From NCBI RefSeq assembly GCF_006345805.1, contig NC_043001.1, positions 3,720,001 to 3,784,000 of the forward strand: 64,000 bases of DNA, in the 5' to 3' direction. The position numbers were made by a program, and so were the translations under genes. The notes beneath the pieces were generated by a model. It did no database searches and was not told the origin of the DNA. It saw only the letters and a list, made by a program, of their open reading frames with translations. The stretch comes from Octopus sinensis. Taxonomy: Eukaryota. Below are positions 1 through 11,751 of this stretch, in pieces (the first letter of the stretch is position 1; every line of letters begins with the position of its first letter).

Positions 1-254
1 TTTGGAAGCAAGCTTCTTACCACACAGCCACACATGTTTAGATGACTACAAGATATTTGTTCTAACTCTCTAATAATCTGAGTTCTAATCTTGCTCTTGT
101 CAACTCTTTAGGGCTGTTAAAAGGATGCCAAATCAGGATGGAAGATTGCTAGAATTACTAGAGTGTCTGGCAGGGTGTGTTCCTGCTTTTTTTTTATTAT
201 TCCGAGAGCAAGACCAGCAATAAGACTGGTGCCAAGCTGTGTCTTATTTCATTC

Positions 255-445
255 ACTCATCTGACTGACTGCAGCCATGCTGGAGCACCATCTTTAGTCG
301 AACAAATTTACCCCAGGACTCATTCTTTGTAAGCCTAGTACTTATTCTATTCGACACTCTTGTTGAGCCGCTAAGTTACAGGGATGTAAACACATTGGCA
401 TCGGTTGTCGAGCGATGGTCGGGGGACAAACAGACACACAGACAT
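255..445 (-). mobile_element. SINE family B, 3' part
   Basis: Reverse complement of the family B 3' module (...TAGGCTTACAAAGAATGAGTCC...GGTGCTCCAGCATGGCTGCAGTC) seen at 10398 and 49114. Its head fragment lies at 1-35. Confidence 0.8.
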
Positions 446-649
446 CATGAATTAATTTGATGATGACGAATGGGGTGACTTGCATGCCTGGACAAATTGC
501 AGATCTTCTGGCAAATAAGTTTTATCCAGTCCAATATGATCTTCACTGACCAGTAGTGACCTTAAAACACTACAAGTGTACAGTCATCTCTGATGTACAC
601 ATTCGTTGATGTCTTTAATAATAGTTTCAGATACTGGAAGAAAGCCAGA

Positions 650-832
650 ATGTTCTGGGAAGGGTGGGTTGGTTACAAAAATACCGGTGCTCAACAGGCA
701 CCCATTTTATTAACTCCAAAAGGATGGAAGGCAAAGATGATCCTTGTGAAATTTGAACTCAGAATGTAGACACAGACAAAATGCCGCTAAGTATTTTTCC
801 CGGCTTGCTAATAATTCTGTCAGCTCACCATC
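650..832 (-). mobile_element. SINE family A-like, diverged
   Basis: Reverse complement of GGTGAGCTGACAGAATTATTAGCAAGCCGGG...TTCTGAGTTCAAATT, matching the family A tRNA-like head. Confidence 0.7.
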
Positions 833-836
833 TTTG

Positions 837-877
<41 letters not shown>

Positions 878-899
878 TATCATCGTATATATATTTATG

Positions 900-1335
900 T
901 ATCATCATCATCATCATCATCATCATCGTCGTCGTTTGACGTCTGCTGTCCATGCTGGCATGGGTTGGACGGTTTGATGAATGATGGTGAGCCAGAGGCT
1001 GCACCATGCTCCAATCTGATCTGGCAAAGTTTCTACAGCTGGATGCACTTCCTAACGCCAACCACTCTGAGATTGTAGTGGGAGTTTTTACGGGCACGAG
1101 GGCTAGTCAGGTGGTTCTGGCAACGACCACGCTCAAAAGGTGTTTTTTACGTGCTTCCCGCACGAGAGCCAATCCGGCGGCACTGCCAATGAGCACACAC
1201 GAATGTTGTTTTTCACGTGCCACCAGCACATGTGCCGGTAACGCAGGAATTGATCATGCTCGAATGGTGCTTTTCAGGTGCCACTGGTACGGGAACCAAT
1301 CTGTGGCCCAGGCAACGGTCACGCTCGAATGTGAT
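900..1335 (-). mobile_element. SINE/non-autonomous retroposon family D with internal ~60-65 bp tandem units and (ATG)n tail
   Basis: Minus strand ends ...CCGTCCAACCCATGCCAGCATGGACAGCAGACGTCAAACGACGACGATGATG. It contains about 4 diverged internal units. Related 3' ends occur at 6585, 19535 and 30940. Confidence 0.75.
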
Positions 1336-2319
1336 TTGATGTATTTAATAATGAGCAGCTTCACATAACCATCATATGAGCTGGTGAAAGAACACACAAA
1401 GGGCTGCTTTACATCCTAGAAATAGAAACCAGCCTTCTCTTAAATCATAGCCAACAAGCTGTAAATTGAATGAATAACACATGAGACAATGTAGTCCAAC
1501 ATACACTGTGTCTGAAAAGACAAGATGGTCATATTTTGAATGATTGTAACTCTTTAATCCACTCAATCAGGGTTGACCTGGTCTAAAGAATAACAACAAT
1601 GACCTACATTCTACTTCGATGACAGAAATATTATAAATGTATAAAGAGTCTTTTCAATGGTTACATCAAAAATGAGAAATCGGAATATTTTCAATCAGAA
1701 TTGAGCCGTTCGGTAAAAACGAAGAAGTTGTGTTATGTAAATGAGTTCATTATAGAAAACAGAAACTTGTGACAAACAGTCAATATTTCAATCAGTATCA
1801 AGTTAATGAACACATCACTAAAAACGAAGAAGTTGTATTATGCAAATGAGTTCATTATATGAAACACATATGTCTGACAAGCGTTCAATACATAAATCAA
1901 AATAGCAAACAGCTGAAATTGACAAACTGGATCATCTTTATTCTAACGAGTTAAAGTAGAACAAGACGGGGTCAGACATTCAAAGTGAAAAGTATTTGTT
2001 TGCATATCTTATTGGTATGAATTCTTGAGGACTGTGGTGATTGTCATGGTCAGAAGAGGAAGGAGAGATTAAAATTTCAACAAAAGATCTTTCCGGAAAC
2101 ATACCAAAATACTTCCTGTTCACCTTGTGACACGAGAGATATTTCCGTTTTGGAGGAGACAAGTCGGATTGATTTCTTCCAGATGCTTCTAGAAGCTTAT
2201 CAGCTCTTCTATGTGGAATGGCAACTAATGATTTGTTGAACTTTCTATTATCTTTCTCTCACTTGTAATTAGAAATTGGCCACGCTGAAGCACATCTTGA
2301 AGTATTTTAGCTGAATGAA

Positions 2320-2630
2320 CCGACCCCAGGACTTATTTTCTTTTGTTTTGTTTTGGTGGTTGCTTTTGCCGAACTAAGAAGTTATGGGGATGTAAACATA
2401 CCGACACTGGCTGTCAGGTGGTGATGGTGGGAGAACAAACATAAAAACAAAAACAAATACACACTCACACACACAATGGGATTCTTTCAGTTTTCATCTA
2501 CCAAATCGGCTTGCAGGAGTCAAATTGTCCTGAGGCTTTAGTGGAAGACACTTGCCCAAGGTGCCACACAGTGAAACTGAACCTAAAGCCATGTTGTTGG
2601 CAAGAAAGCTTCTTCCTACAAAGCCACACC
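2320..2630 (-). mobile_element. SINE family B, diverged
   Basis: Reverse complement of head/CORE-like segment CACCTTGGGCAAGTGTCTTCCACTAAAGCCTCAGG and the 3' module. Confidence 0.75.
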
Positions 2631-3034
2631 AGACGAAGGGAACATTCACTACAAACTTCTCACAGCACAATGCACCCGAATTGGAGAGAGAAGGGAGAGG
2701 AGGGAGGGAGAGATAGTTAGATAGATAGAGAGGGAAAGAGAAACAGAACGAGAGAGAGAGAGGGAGACTACGTCATCACCATCATTGTTTCAATGATCCC
2801 TTTTCCATGCTTGCACACATTGGACAGCATTTATTGAGAAAGTTTTTCCACTGCCAGATACCCTTCCAGTCAGCAGTCCTCAAATCTTTCCTACAAAGTG
2901 ATATTTCCCAATGGCCAGGGATATTTTTTGTACAATATTTGAAATTAACAACACTGCTTGTATGTCAGTGGCACTCATTTACGTCTGTCATGCAATGAGA
3001 AGACAAGAAGATAAACATACACATATGTACACTC

Positions 3035-3292
<258 letters not shown>

Positions 3293-4418
3293 CGTAGCTC
3301 GTCTCCTTGGTCGAACTGCAGTCGTGGATCAAACAGAGACCGAGGCTAGGCGAATGGCACTGCGAGTGACGCGTTGCTCTCAAGCAACTCTGCCGTCCAG
3401 GACCAAACTTGTGCGACTTCATTACAACGATGGCATTCTATAGAGTATTAGGTGAGGGGAGGTGCGACGACGTTCTCGGGCTGAATCTGGGCGTCGACAA
3501 GGAACACTTGACCCGCCCGATTCAGGACAACTTTCGGGCCGGGACCTATGGAAAAATCACCAAAGTTCACTGGCCTGGCAGTACTATTGAGAAGCATTAC
3601 CCGTTCGAGATAAGCTCTGCAGGCAAGGTTCGAGATAAGCTCTACAGGCACGGTTCGAGATAAGCTCTACTGGCACGGTTCGAGACACACGGGACCTGCT
3701 TGCCCGAGATGCGTTCAGAGCGATGAAACCGTTCTGCACGCACTAGTGCAATGTCCAACCATTACGGACCTGTGGGCCTATGCTGAACGGCTACTGTCAC
3801 GTGTGAGAAAAGTCCGCCTGTCGGCTGAGTCTATGGTGACGTTTGCTCCGCCACCTTCTCTCAACCGGGAAGGCAAGGCAGTCTTCATCGTACTGGTAGC
3901 CATTGGGAAAGAATGTGTGTAGTGGAATGTGTGTAGATCGAAAGGATTAAAGATAAACACTTACCCCTCTGACCAATTGCTCGTCAACTTTTTCTAGTAC
4001 CACTTGAAAAGGAAGGTGAGAATGGAGAGGCAGGTTTTGTCATGTGAAAGTTTCAAAGAAAGGTGGGTGACTGCAGCAAAGATGGTGTGTGAGAGTGACG
4101 AAACCACTTTGATCATGATCCTGTGTGAGAGAGAGAGAGCACTTTGCTCTCATGTGTTTATTCCCTCCCTGCCCGAGGTTACCGTGGTCTTTTCCATAGG
4201 ATTTTCTTTCCACAGATAAACCAAATCTTACTTTTTACATTTTTAAAATTATTCTGTGACACATGATCTCTTTTGATCGTCTTTTTTTCCCGATCCCTTT
4301 TGATCGGAATTTTACATTTGTTTCTTATTTTCCCCTTTTTTTTCATTTTCAAAAAGAAAAGCTCTACATTTGTATTTGCCACCTTTGTGTTCAGCCCTGT
4401 ATGTCCAATAAAGAAAGT
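3293..4418 (+). mobile_element. 5'-truncated L1/Tx1-clade non-LTR retrotransposon (ORF2 C-terminus with zinc-finger region plus 3' UTR)
   Basis: Conceptual translation across frameshifts gives ...RDKLYRHGSRHTGPACPRCVQSDETVLHALVQCPTITDLWAYAERLLSRVRK...KRKVRMERQVLSCESFKERW. The CxxC-x4-ETxxH-x4-C motif is typical of L1/Tx1 ORF2 ends. A T-rich 3' UTR follows, with AATAAA at 4407. Confidence 0.8.
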
Positions 4419-4735
<317 letters not shown>

Positions 4736-6109
4736 ATCACTGTTGAAGACCTATGATCAAAAGCATATCAGCCATCAACATCCTACATACTTGTTTATCT
4801 CATAGTATATTATCCAATGTGTCTTTCGGACTATGGTATCCATGAGATTTGACCAACATTGCAAGCAGGTTTTGTGACCTTGTTGAAGGGTTTCCTTGGC
4901 AACAAAGAAAGCAGCCTGACAAACTCAAACAGCTTTCATTCTTTAATCATAATATCTTGTGATAAACGAGTTTGAATATGTGAAGCTATGTACCAGAACA
5001 AATTGGATTTCTCTGAGGAAAAATTCTTTACCATATATTATCGAGAGATCATCTATCAATGGTATTGAAAATATATTAGCAGTTAGATGTCATATGATAT
5101 TGACCAGAATTTATGAACAACAATGGGAGCCTCTCTCCATGTTTCTAAACATACTGCTATGATTTCTATTAGAAATGACATGGACATATAATGTTGTATT
5201 GGACTTGGAGCAGAGGCTGAGAGGATGCTGTTGGGTTCAAATGAGTAGTAATAAGGAGAGAAAGAAGAAATAACGAAGGAAATGGTAAGATTAGGAGAGA
5301 GAAGGGGAGAGGAAGAGAGGGTAAGGGGAGGTAGAGATGAGGAGGGGAGAGAGAAGGTAGGGGCGGGAAGAGTGAGAAAACATTGCTAAAGTTTCCATTT
5401 AAAGAGATCATGTTGAAGAGGTTCTCCAAAATGGTGTTGTTGCTGTTGTTTAAGTCCCATTTTCAACTGCTCCAATCAAGCACATTTTTATTGAAAGCAT
5501 TGTTACAATTAACATCTTTCAAGTTAGATTATTTCATATACCCTTTTCTCTCTTTGTAACCCTTCGGTAACAACCTGCATGAGACCAGTCCTTGCTTCAA
5601 AATGATCTGAATAAAAGCCTTCCAAACAACAGCTTATAATGTTAATGTGAGCTTACTAAATTCTTTATTATTTTCCAAATTGTCCGAAACAAATGGAACA
5701 ACAGGATTAAATAGCTCACAGGATTATTTGCGGGGGATTTGGTTGGTATTTTTAGCAGGTCGAGAGTAAATTTTGCAGTACAGGAGATCCTCATATGATA
5801 GCTGATCTGGTTGTGAAGAAAAAGTACCATTTCAGCAGAAACAGTTCGTGGTTTCCCATGGATGTCTGGAGAATTTATCAATCTACTGCAAACCCATTCT
5901 GCCAACAAGGTGTTGTCTTGCAATTTGCTGTGTGCCAGGGCCACGAAGAAAGCACGGTACACTCTGTAAAGTGTTTGGCATTAGGAAAGTCACTGAGTCA
6001 TTATGCCCATGTCAAAGAAGAATTTGGAACCCACTGCCATCCTCTGGCTCGTCATATTCAGTCAATCTATTCCACCCATGCCCGTATAGAAAAAAAAAAA
6101 CGTTATAGT

Positions 6110-6340
6110 TAAGGCAGTGAGCTGGCAGAAACGTTAGCAAGCCGAGTGAAATGTGTAGCCGTATTTCGTCTGCCATTACGTTCTGACTTCAAATTCCGCC
6201 AAGGTCGACTTTGCCTTTCATATTTTCGGGGTCGATAAATTAAGTACCAGTTACGCACTGGGGTCGATGTAATCGATTTAATCGTTTGTCTGTCCTTGTT
6301 TCTCCTCTCTGTGTTTAGCCCCTTGTGGGTAATAAAGAAA
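6110..6340 (+). mobile_element. SINE family A (tRNA-derived)
   Basis: GGCAGTGAGCTGGCAGAAACGTTAGC...TTCTGACTTCAAATTCCGCC (A/B-box-like) ...TAAATTAAGTACCAGTTACGCACTGGGGTCGATG...GTGGGTAATAAAGAAA. Near-identical to the copies at 31165 and 42405. Confidence 0.9.
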
Positions 6341-6584
6341 GATGTATAGAAAGAGACTCAACAAATGATGATGATGATGATGATCATGATGATGATGAAG
6401 GTATTTTCCTAAATCTACTCAAATTACATCATGGGTTTCTATGAAAATAGAAAAAGGTATATTAGTTTAAGAAGTCTGAGATTAAATATGCCGGAAAAGA
6501 TGGGGTGGTCATAATTGGAATGTTTTTGATCATAGAGTGTACGATAACAACTGACTTGTGTTTACAATACCAGGTGCTGGTGCC

Positions 6585-6815
6585 ATGTCGCTGTTGGTGC
6601 TGGTGACATATAAAAAAAACCCAGTGCACTCTGCAAAATGGTTGGTGATAGGAAGGGCATCCATCTGTAGAAACCATGCCAAAAAAAAAGGACAATGGAA
6701 TCTGGTGCAGCTTCCTGCATTGCCAGCTTTCATCAAACCATCCGGCATGAAAAGTGGGTGTTGAACGTTGATGATGATGATGATGATGGTGATTGTGATG
6801 ATGATGATGATGATG
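6585..6815 (+). mobile_element. Family D 3' end with (GAT)n tail
   Basis: GGAAGGGCATCCATCTGTAGAAACCATGCC...GAACGTTGATGATGATG matches the 900-1335 element. Confidence 0.75.
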
Positions 6816-7055
6816 TATCAGCCCACAACTATATCAGACACTTATATGGATGAGGAAAATAGGAAGAGCAACTCAGTTTTCCTCATATTGTATACTACTC
6901 ACTTAATAAGGAGTGTCAAGATGGCCAGATGACAGACAGCTTAGCAGGCTAGGGGAGATGCATTGCTGTATTTCATCTGTCTTTACGTTTAGACTTCAAA
7001 TTCCGATGAGGTCGACATTGCCGTTCTTCCTTTCAAGCTCAATAAATTAAGTACC

Positions 7056-7212
7056 ACATTATTTACATTATTTACATTATGTACATTTGACAGATATTTT
7101 TCCTCATCTTGTTTCTTGTTAACACAGCGTTTCGGCTGATACCCCTCCAGCCTTCTTCAGGTGTCTTGGGGAAATTTCGAACCTGGGTTCTCATTCCTAA
7201 GGTATTGTTCGA

Positions 7213-7273
<61 letters not shown>

Positions 7274-7403
7274 TATTATTATTATTATTATTTTTTTATT
7301 GTTGTTGTTGTTATTATTATCATTATTCAGCTCACGGCTTCGAATTGAACTCGGAATCTTGGGATTAGTAGCCCGCACTCTTAACCACTATGCCATAGAG
7401 AAC
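7056..7403 (-). mobile_element. SINE family E: tRNA head, (AAT)n, hammerhead-like motif, (ATGTAAATA)n tail
   Basis: Head TGGCATAGTGGTTAAGAGTGCGGGCTACTAATCCCAAGATTCCGAGTTCAATTCG has A and B boxes. The target-site duplication is 13 bp (TAAATTAAGTACC). A second copy lies at 40421. Confidence 0.88.
7121..7165 (-). ncRNA. Minimal type-I hammerhead ribozyme motif (U16.1 substituted in this copy)
   Basis: GACAC-CUGAAGA-A-GGCUG(GAGGGGUAU)CAGCC-GAAA-CGCU-GUGUU. Stem I (GACAC/GUGUU) and stem II (GGCUG/CAGCC) pair, and the CUGANGA/GAAA core is present. Confidence 0.7.
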
Positions 7404-8384
7404 TAAATTAAGTACCAGTTGTGTACTGGAGTCAATCTAATCGACTGGCCCGCCTTCCCCAAAATTTCGAGACTTGTGCCCAGAGTAGAAAAGAATAAAC
7501 ATTGCCACTGTGGTTTACAGTCATGCATCTTGATGAAATAATTGAACGGGGTGGTCACACATGGTCAGGGTTTGACCATTGGTTGCTCCATCAGATATGT
7601 CTAGAATTAAACACCATCACCACCACCATGACAAGCTAAAAAAATACACTTTTATATGAAACCTAGACCTACTAACAACAGCAACCAAATCTCCCTCAAA
7701 TCGTACTCTGCTGTAATATGTATGTATGAGCCAATGGGAGAGACCTTTATAAGGTACCTAGGTCTCATAGAAATAACAGCCATATGTTTCTCAAATCAAA
7801 CCTTGTGTTACAACTACCACCACGACTACAACAGATACAACACGACTACAACAGATACAGCAACAACAAAATGACAATGTTAATCAAAGAACTAACCATG
7901 AAGTCTAGAAGCTTTTTGCACTTTTCTACTTCATTAATTTCTCTGGTTACCATTTCCAAGAGGATTGCAAATATCGTTGCAAACAACACAATCTTCATCA
8001 CTGATAAAATTAATTCTCTTTTGCCGCAGAAATTTATAAGAATACAAATTCTAACGAAGAGCAGCGAATGAACAAACAAGGAATAAATGAAAGAGGGTGG
8101 TGAAGGAGAATGTGACGAAGGTGGGAAGAAGGAAAAATATGAAAAGAGACAGGGAATAAGATTGTGGGGAGGAAGGACAAGTGAGAGGAGTAGTAGTAGT
8201 CAGATGAGGAAAACAGAAGGCCAAAAAGCCTGTAAATTCTATTTAATATGAACTGCGTGGAAGATTCTGTGAGATTTTCACATATCAACATTGCCAACAA
8301 GTGAAAAGGAAGCGAGGAGCAGGGAGAGATGACGAAAACAGAGGGAGTTAGAGGAAGAGAAGAAAAGAAAAAAAACAGTAATGA

Positions 8385-8477
8385 TCATGACGATGATGAT
8401 GACGACGGTGTTGGTGGTGGTGGTAGTGATGATGGTGATAATGTTGATGACGATAATAATGATGGAGATATTGATGA

Positions 8478-8511
<34 letters not shown>

Positions 8512-8630
8512 GGTAGTGGTGGTGATGATGATGACGATGATGGTGATTTTGATGATGATGATGATTGCGATGATGTAGATGGTGGGGATGATGTGGGGTT
8601 TTTCAGTGATAATGATGATGATGATAATGA
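8385..8630. repeat. Degenerate (GAT)n/(GGT)n tract
   Basis: Directly visible. Confidence 0.9.
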
Positions 8631-8799
8631 TATTAAGAAAAAGAAATGGATGTCTATTTTAAATGAATAGATAATTAATAACTATAAATGAGATGCCAGA
8701 GGCGTTTTTGTGTGTGGCTATTGTTGGAAACGTCCACAGCTCATATGCTGTTCATAGACACGTGAAATGGATTATTTTATTCTATTATTTCTCTAGATG

Positions 8800-8919
8800 T
8801 GTACGAGTGTGTGCGAGTGTCTGCGTGTGTGCAGGCGCGCATGTGTTTGTGTGCACATGTGTGCTAATTTATATACATTTATATACATATATATATTATG
8901 CATATATATATATATATAT

Positions 8920-8958
<39 letters not shown>

Positions 8959-9482
8959 AAGACAAATATATATATGTATAATAAATATATATATATATAT
9001 ACATGCATATATATACACACGCATATATGTTTGTATATATGTATATAGAAATATCATATCTGTTGATATGTATGTGTGTATATGTAAATATATATTTGTA
9101 TATATGTATAATTACATATATATATATATACACACATAAACACATACATATACACACAGTTGATTATGTAAATATATGCATGCATACGTATCTATATTTC
9201 TATATATGTATTTATCTATCTATCTGTATCTATATTCATATAGATGTAGATATAAATATAGATATACAGAATGGGGCACAACTTTCCTTTTAAGTATTAT
9301 TGATAACAGAGTCATGCTTTAATACAAAGCCTAAACACGCAAGCATACATACACAGACATAAAGACATGTGCATACACACGCACATGCACACATACACAT
9401 ATATATATACACACTAGAACACGCATACACACACACACATATACATCAAAATCACGCAATTATATATATTTATATATGTGTG

Positions 9483-9522
<40 letters not shown>

Positions 9523-9560
9523 TACATACATGCATATATATATATATAATATACACACAA

Positions 9561-9618
<58 letters not shown>

Positions 9619-9725
9619 CATACACACAAATATATATACACACACATATACATATATTTATATATATATTAAATTAGAGATAATATTACTCCCTAATGTT
9701 ATAATATATATATATATATATATAT
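8800..9725. repeat. Compound (TA)n/(CA)n/(TG)n low-complexity region
   Basis: Directly visible. Confidence 0.9.
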
Positions 9726-10103
9726 GTGCACGAAATGGCCCAGTGGCTGGGGCAGCAGACTCGCAGTCGTAGGATCGTGGTTTCGATTCCCAGACCGGGC
9801 GTTCTGAGTTTTTATTGAGTAAAAGCACCTTAAAGTTCCACGAGTCTCCGTCAGCGTGTGGTGTCGAACTCTGCTGCACTCTTTCACCACAGCTTTAACT
9901 CTTTCTTTCTGTTTCTCTTGTACCTTTATTTCAAAGGGCCAGCCTTTTTCACAATCTGTGTCTCTGTGAATCTCACCCAAGAACTTCATTAAAGTTACAC
10001 GTGTCTGTGGAGTGCTCAGCCACTTGCAAGTGAATTCCACGAGCAGGCCGTTCTTTTGATCCGATCAACTGGAACCCTCGTCGTTGCAACTGACGGAATT
10101 CCA
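9726..10103 (+). mobile_element. SINE family C (tRNA-derived head)
   Basis: AATGGCCCAGTGGCTGGGGCAGCAGACTCGCAGTCGTAGGATCGTGGTTTCGATTCCC head. The body is shared with the minus-strand copies at 25349 and 41170. Confidence 0.85.
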
Positions 10104-10246
10104 CTACTTCATAAACGCACATATACACTACACACTTACATACATGGATACACGCACACATACCAGTTTTGTATAATGTCGTTTGTGTGAGTGTATCTCT
10201 GATAGTGACTTGGTTTAAAATTGTACACTTAAATATACATAATTCC

Positions 10247-10394
<148 letters not shown>

Positions 10395-10397
10395 TAT

Positions 10398-10798
10398 GAG
10401 TGGATGTGTGGTAAGTAGCTTGTCTACCTACCACATGGTTCTGGGTTCAGTCCCACTACGTGGCATCTAGGGCAAGTGACTTCTACTATAGCCTCGGGCC
10501 GACCAAAGCCTTGTGAGTGGATTTGGTAGACGGAAACTGAAAGAAGCCCGTCGTATATATGTATATATATATATGCGTGTATGCGTTTGTGTGTCTGTGT
10601 TTGTCCCCCTTGCATTGCTTGACAACCGATGCTGGTGTGTTTATGTCCCCGTTACTTAGCGGTTCGGCAAAAAGAGACCGATAGAATAAGTACTGGGCTT
10701 ACAAAAAGAATAAGTCCCGGGGTCAAGTTGCTCGATTAAAGGCGGTGCTCCAGCATGGCCGAAGTCAAATGATTGAAACAAGTAAAAGAGTAAAAGAG

Positions 10799-10800
<2 letters not shown>
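10398..10800 (+). mobile_element. SINE family B, full length
   Basis: tRNA-like head (GTGTGGTAAGTAGC...GGGTTCAGTCCC), CORE-like CTAGGGCAAGTGACTTCTACTATAGCC, internal TA/TG tract and (GTAAAAGA)n tail. Confidence 0.9.
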
Positions 10801-10855
<55 letters not shown>

Positions 10856-11164
10856 TAATATATATATATAATATATATATATATATTATATATATTATAT
10901 ATATATGTATATGTGTGTGTATGCATGCATATATATATATATATATATATTATTACATTCACTGGTAGGAGATGTACCAATTAGCATTATTCACCAAAGT
11001 CTATACATGCGTGTGTGTATGCACATTAGTGTTTATATACAGATGTATTTTCTTGTGAACTCGTGTAACTCGTCACAGTCTTACTTTAGAAGTCAATGGG
11101 AATGTATAAATGCATAGCAGACGATAGAATAATTTGAATACATATATACATACTTATGTATATA

Positions 11165-11336
11165 TATATGTATATTTATTTATTTAATTTCTCTCTTTAT
11201 TTATTATTTCTGTGTTCCTTTCTGTTGAAGAGCGTAGGTTCGAAACGTAAAAGACTTTTTCACTTCCCGAGAGTTAAACTAATACATCTATTTGTTGTTT
11301 ATACACCGGTCTTCTATTTTTTTGTAACTTCCAACT
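11165..11336 (+). mobile_element. Short Penelope pLTR-like repeat carrying a degenerate hammerhead motif (11218-11253)
   Basis: CUUU-CUGUUGA-A-GAGC(GUAG)GUUC-GAAA-CGUA-AAAG. A homologous copy lies at 15610-15745. Confidence 0.6.
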
Positions 11337-11361
11337 ATATATATATATATATATATATCTA

Positions 11362-11420
<59 letters not shown>

Positions 11421-11714
11421 TCGTGTGTGTGTGTGCGTGTGTGTTTGTATATATATATATATATGTGGTGATGTATGTGTGTGTATATGTGTGTATGTGT
11501 GTATGGGCGATTTCGGTTTTGATAAAATACAACTTGATCTAACAAAACCGTTTACACTCCAAATACACACATATTCCCACACATACACTCATTTACATAT
11601 AGCTATCTATAAATGTATATTTTGTTGTGTCTGGAGAAAGCCATTCTCTTTTAGTGTCTTGTTATTTGACACACTCACTGGTTCAGTTTCCACTTATTTA
11701 CTTATTTATTTTTC

Positions 11715-11751
11715 CTAAAATTTTCGTTGCGTCTTGCAACCTTTTCAGTAG
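11715..11751 (-). ncRNA. Degenerate minimal hammerhead motif in an unclassified repeat (~11505-11800)
   Basis: CUA-CUGAAAA-G-GUUGC(AAGAC)GCAAC-GAAA-AUUU-UAG. Stem II is a perfect 5 bp, stem III is palindromic AAUU, and G8 is replaced by A. Confidence 0.55.

Larger units (their letters stand above)
6940..7497 (+). mobile_element. SINE family A (alternative 3' tail) split by a family E insertion
   Basis: The A body stops at TAAATTAAGTACC (7043-7055) and resumes with the same 13-mer at 7404-7416. Confidence 0.8.

Noticed and set aside
1717-1866. 46-bp direct repeat AAAAACGAAGAAGTTGT.TTATG.AAATGAGTTCATTATA about 104 bp apart
   Set aside because: It is real but only two copies with no further structure, and is most simply a local duplication.
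3603-3684. CRISPR-like repeat
   Set aside because: The units are contiguous with no spacers, lie inside a eukaryotic retrotransposon ORF and have no cas genes nearby.
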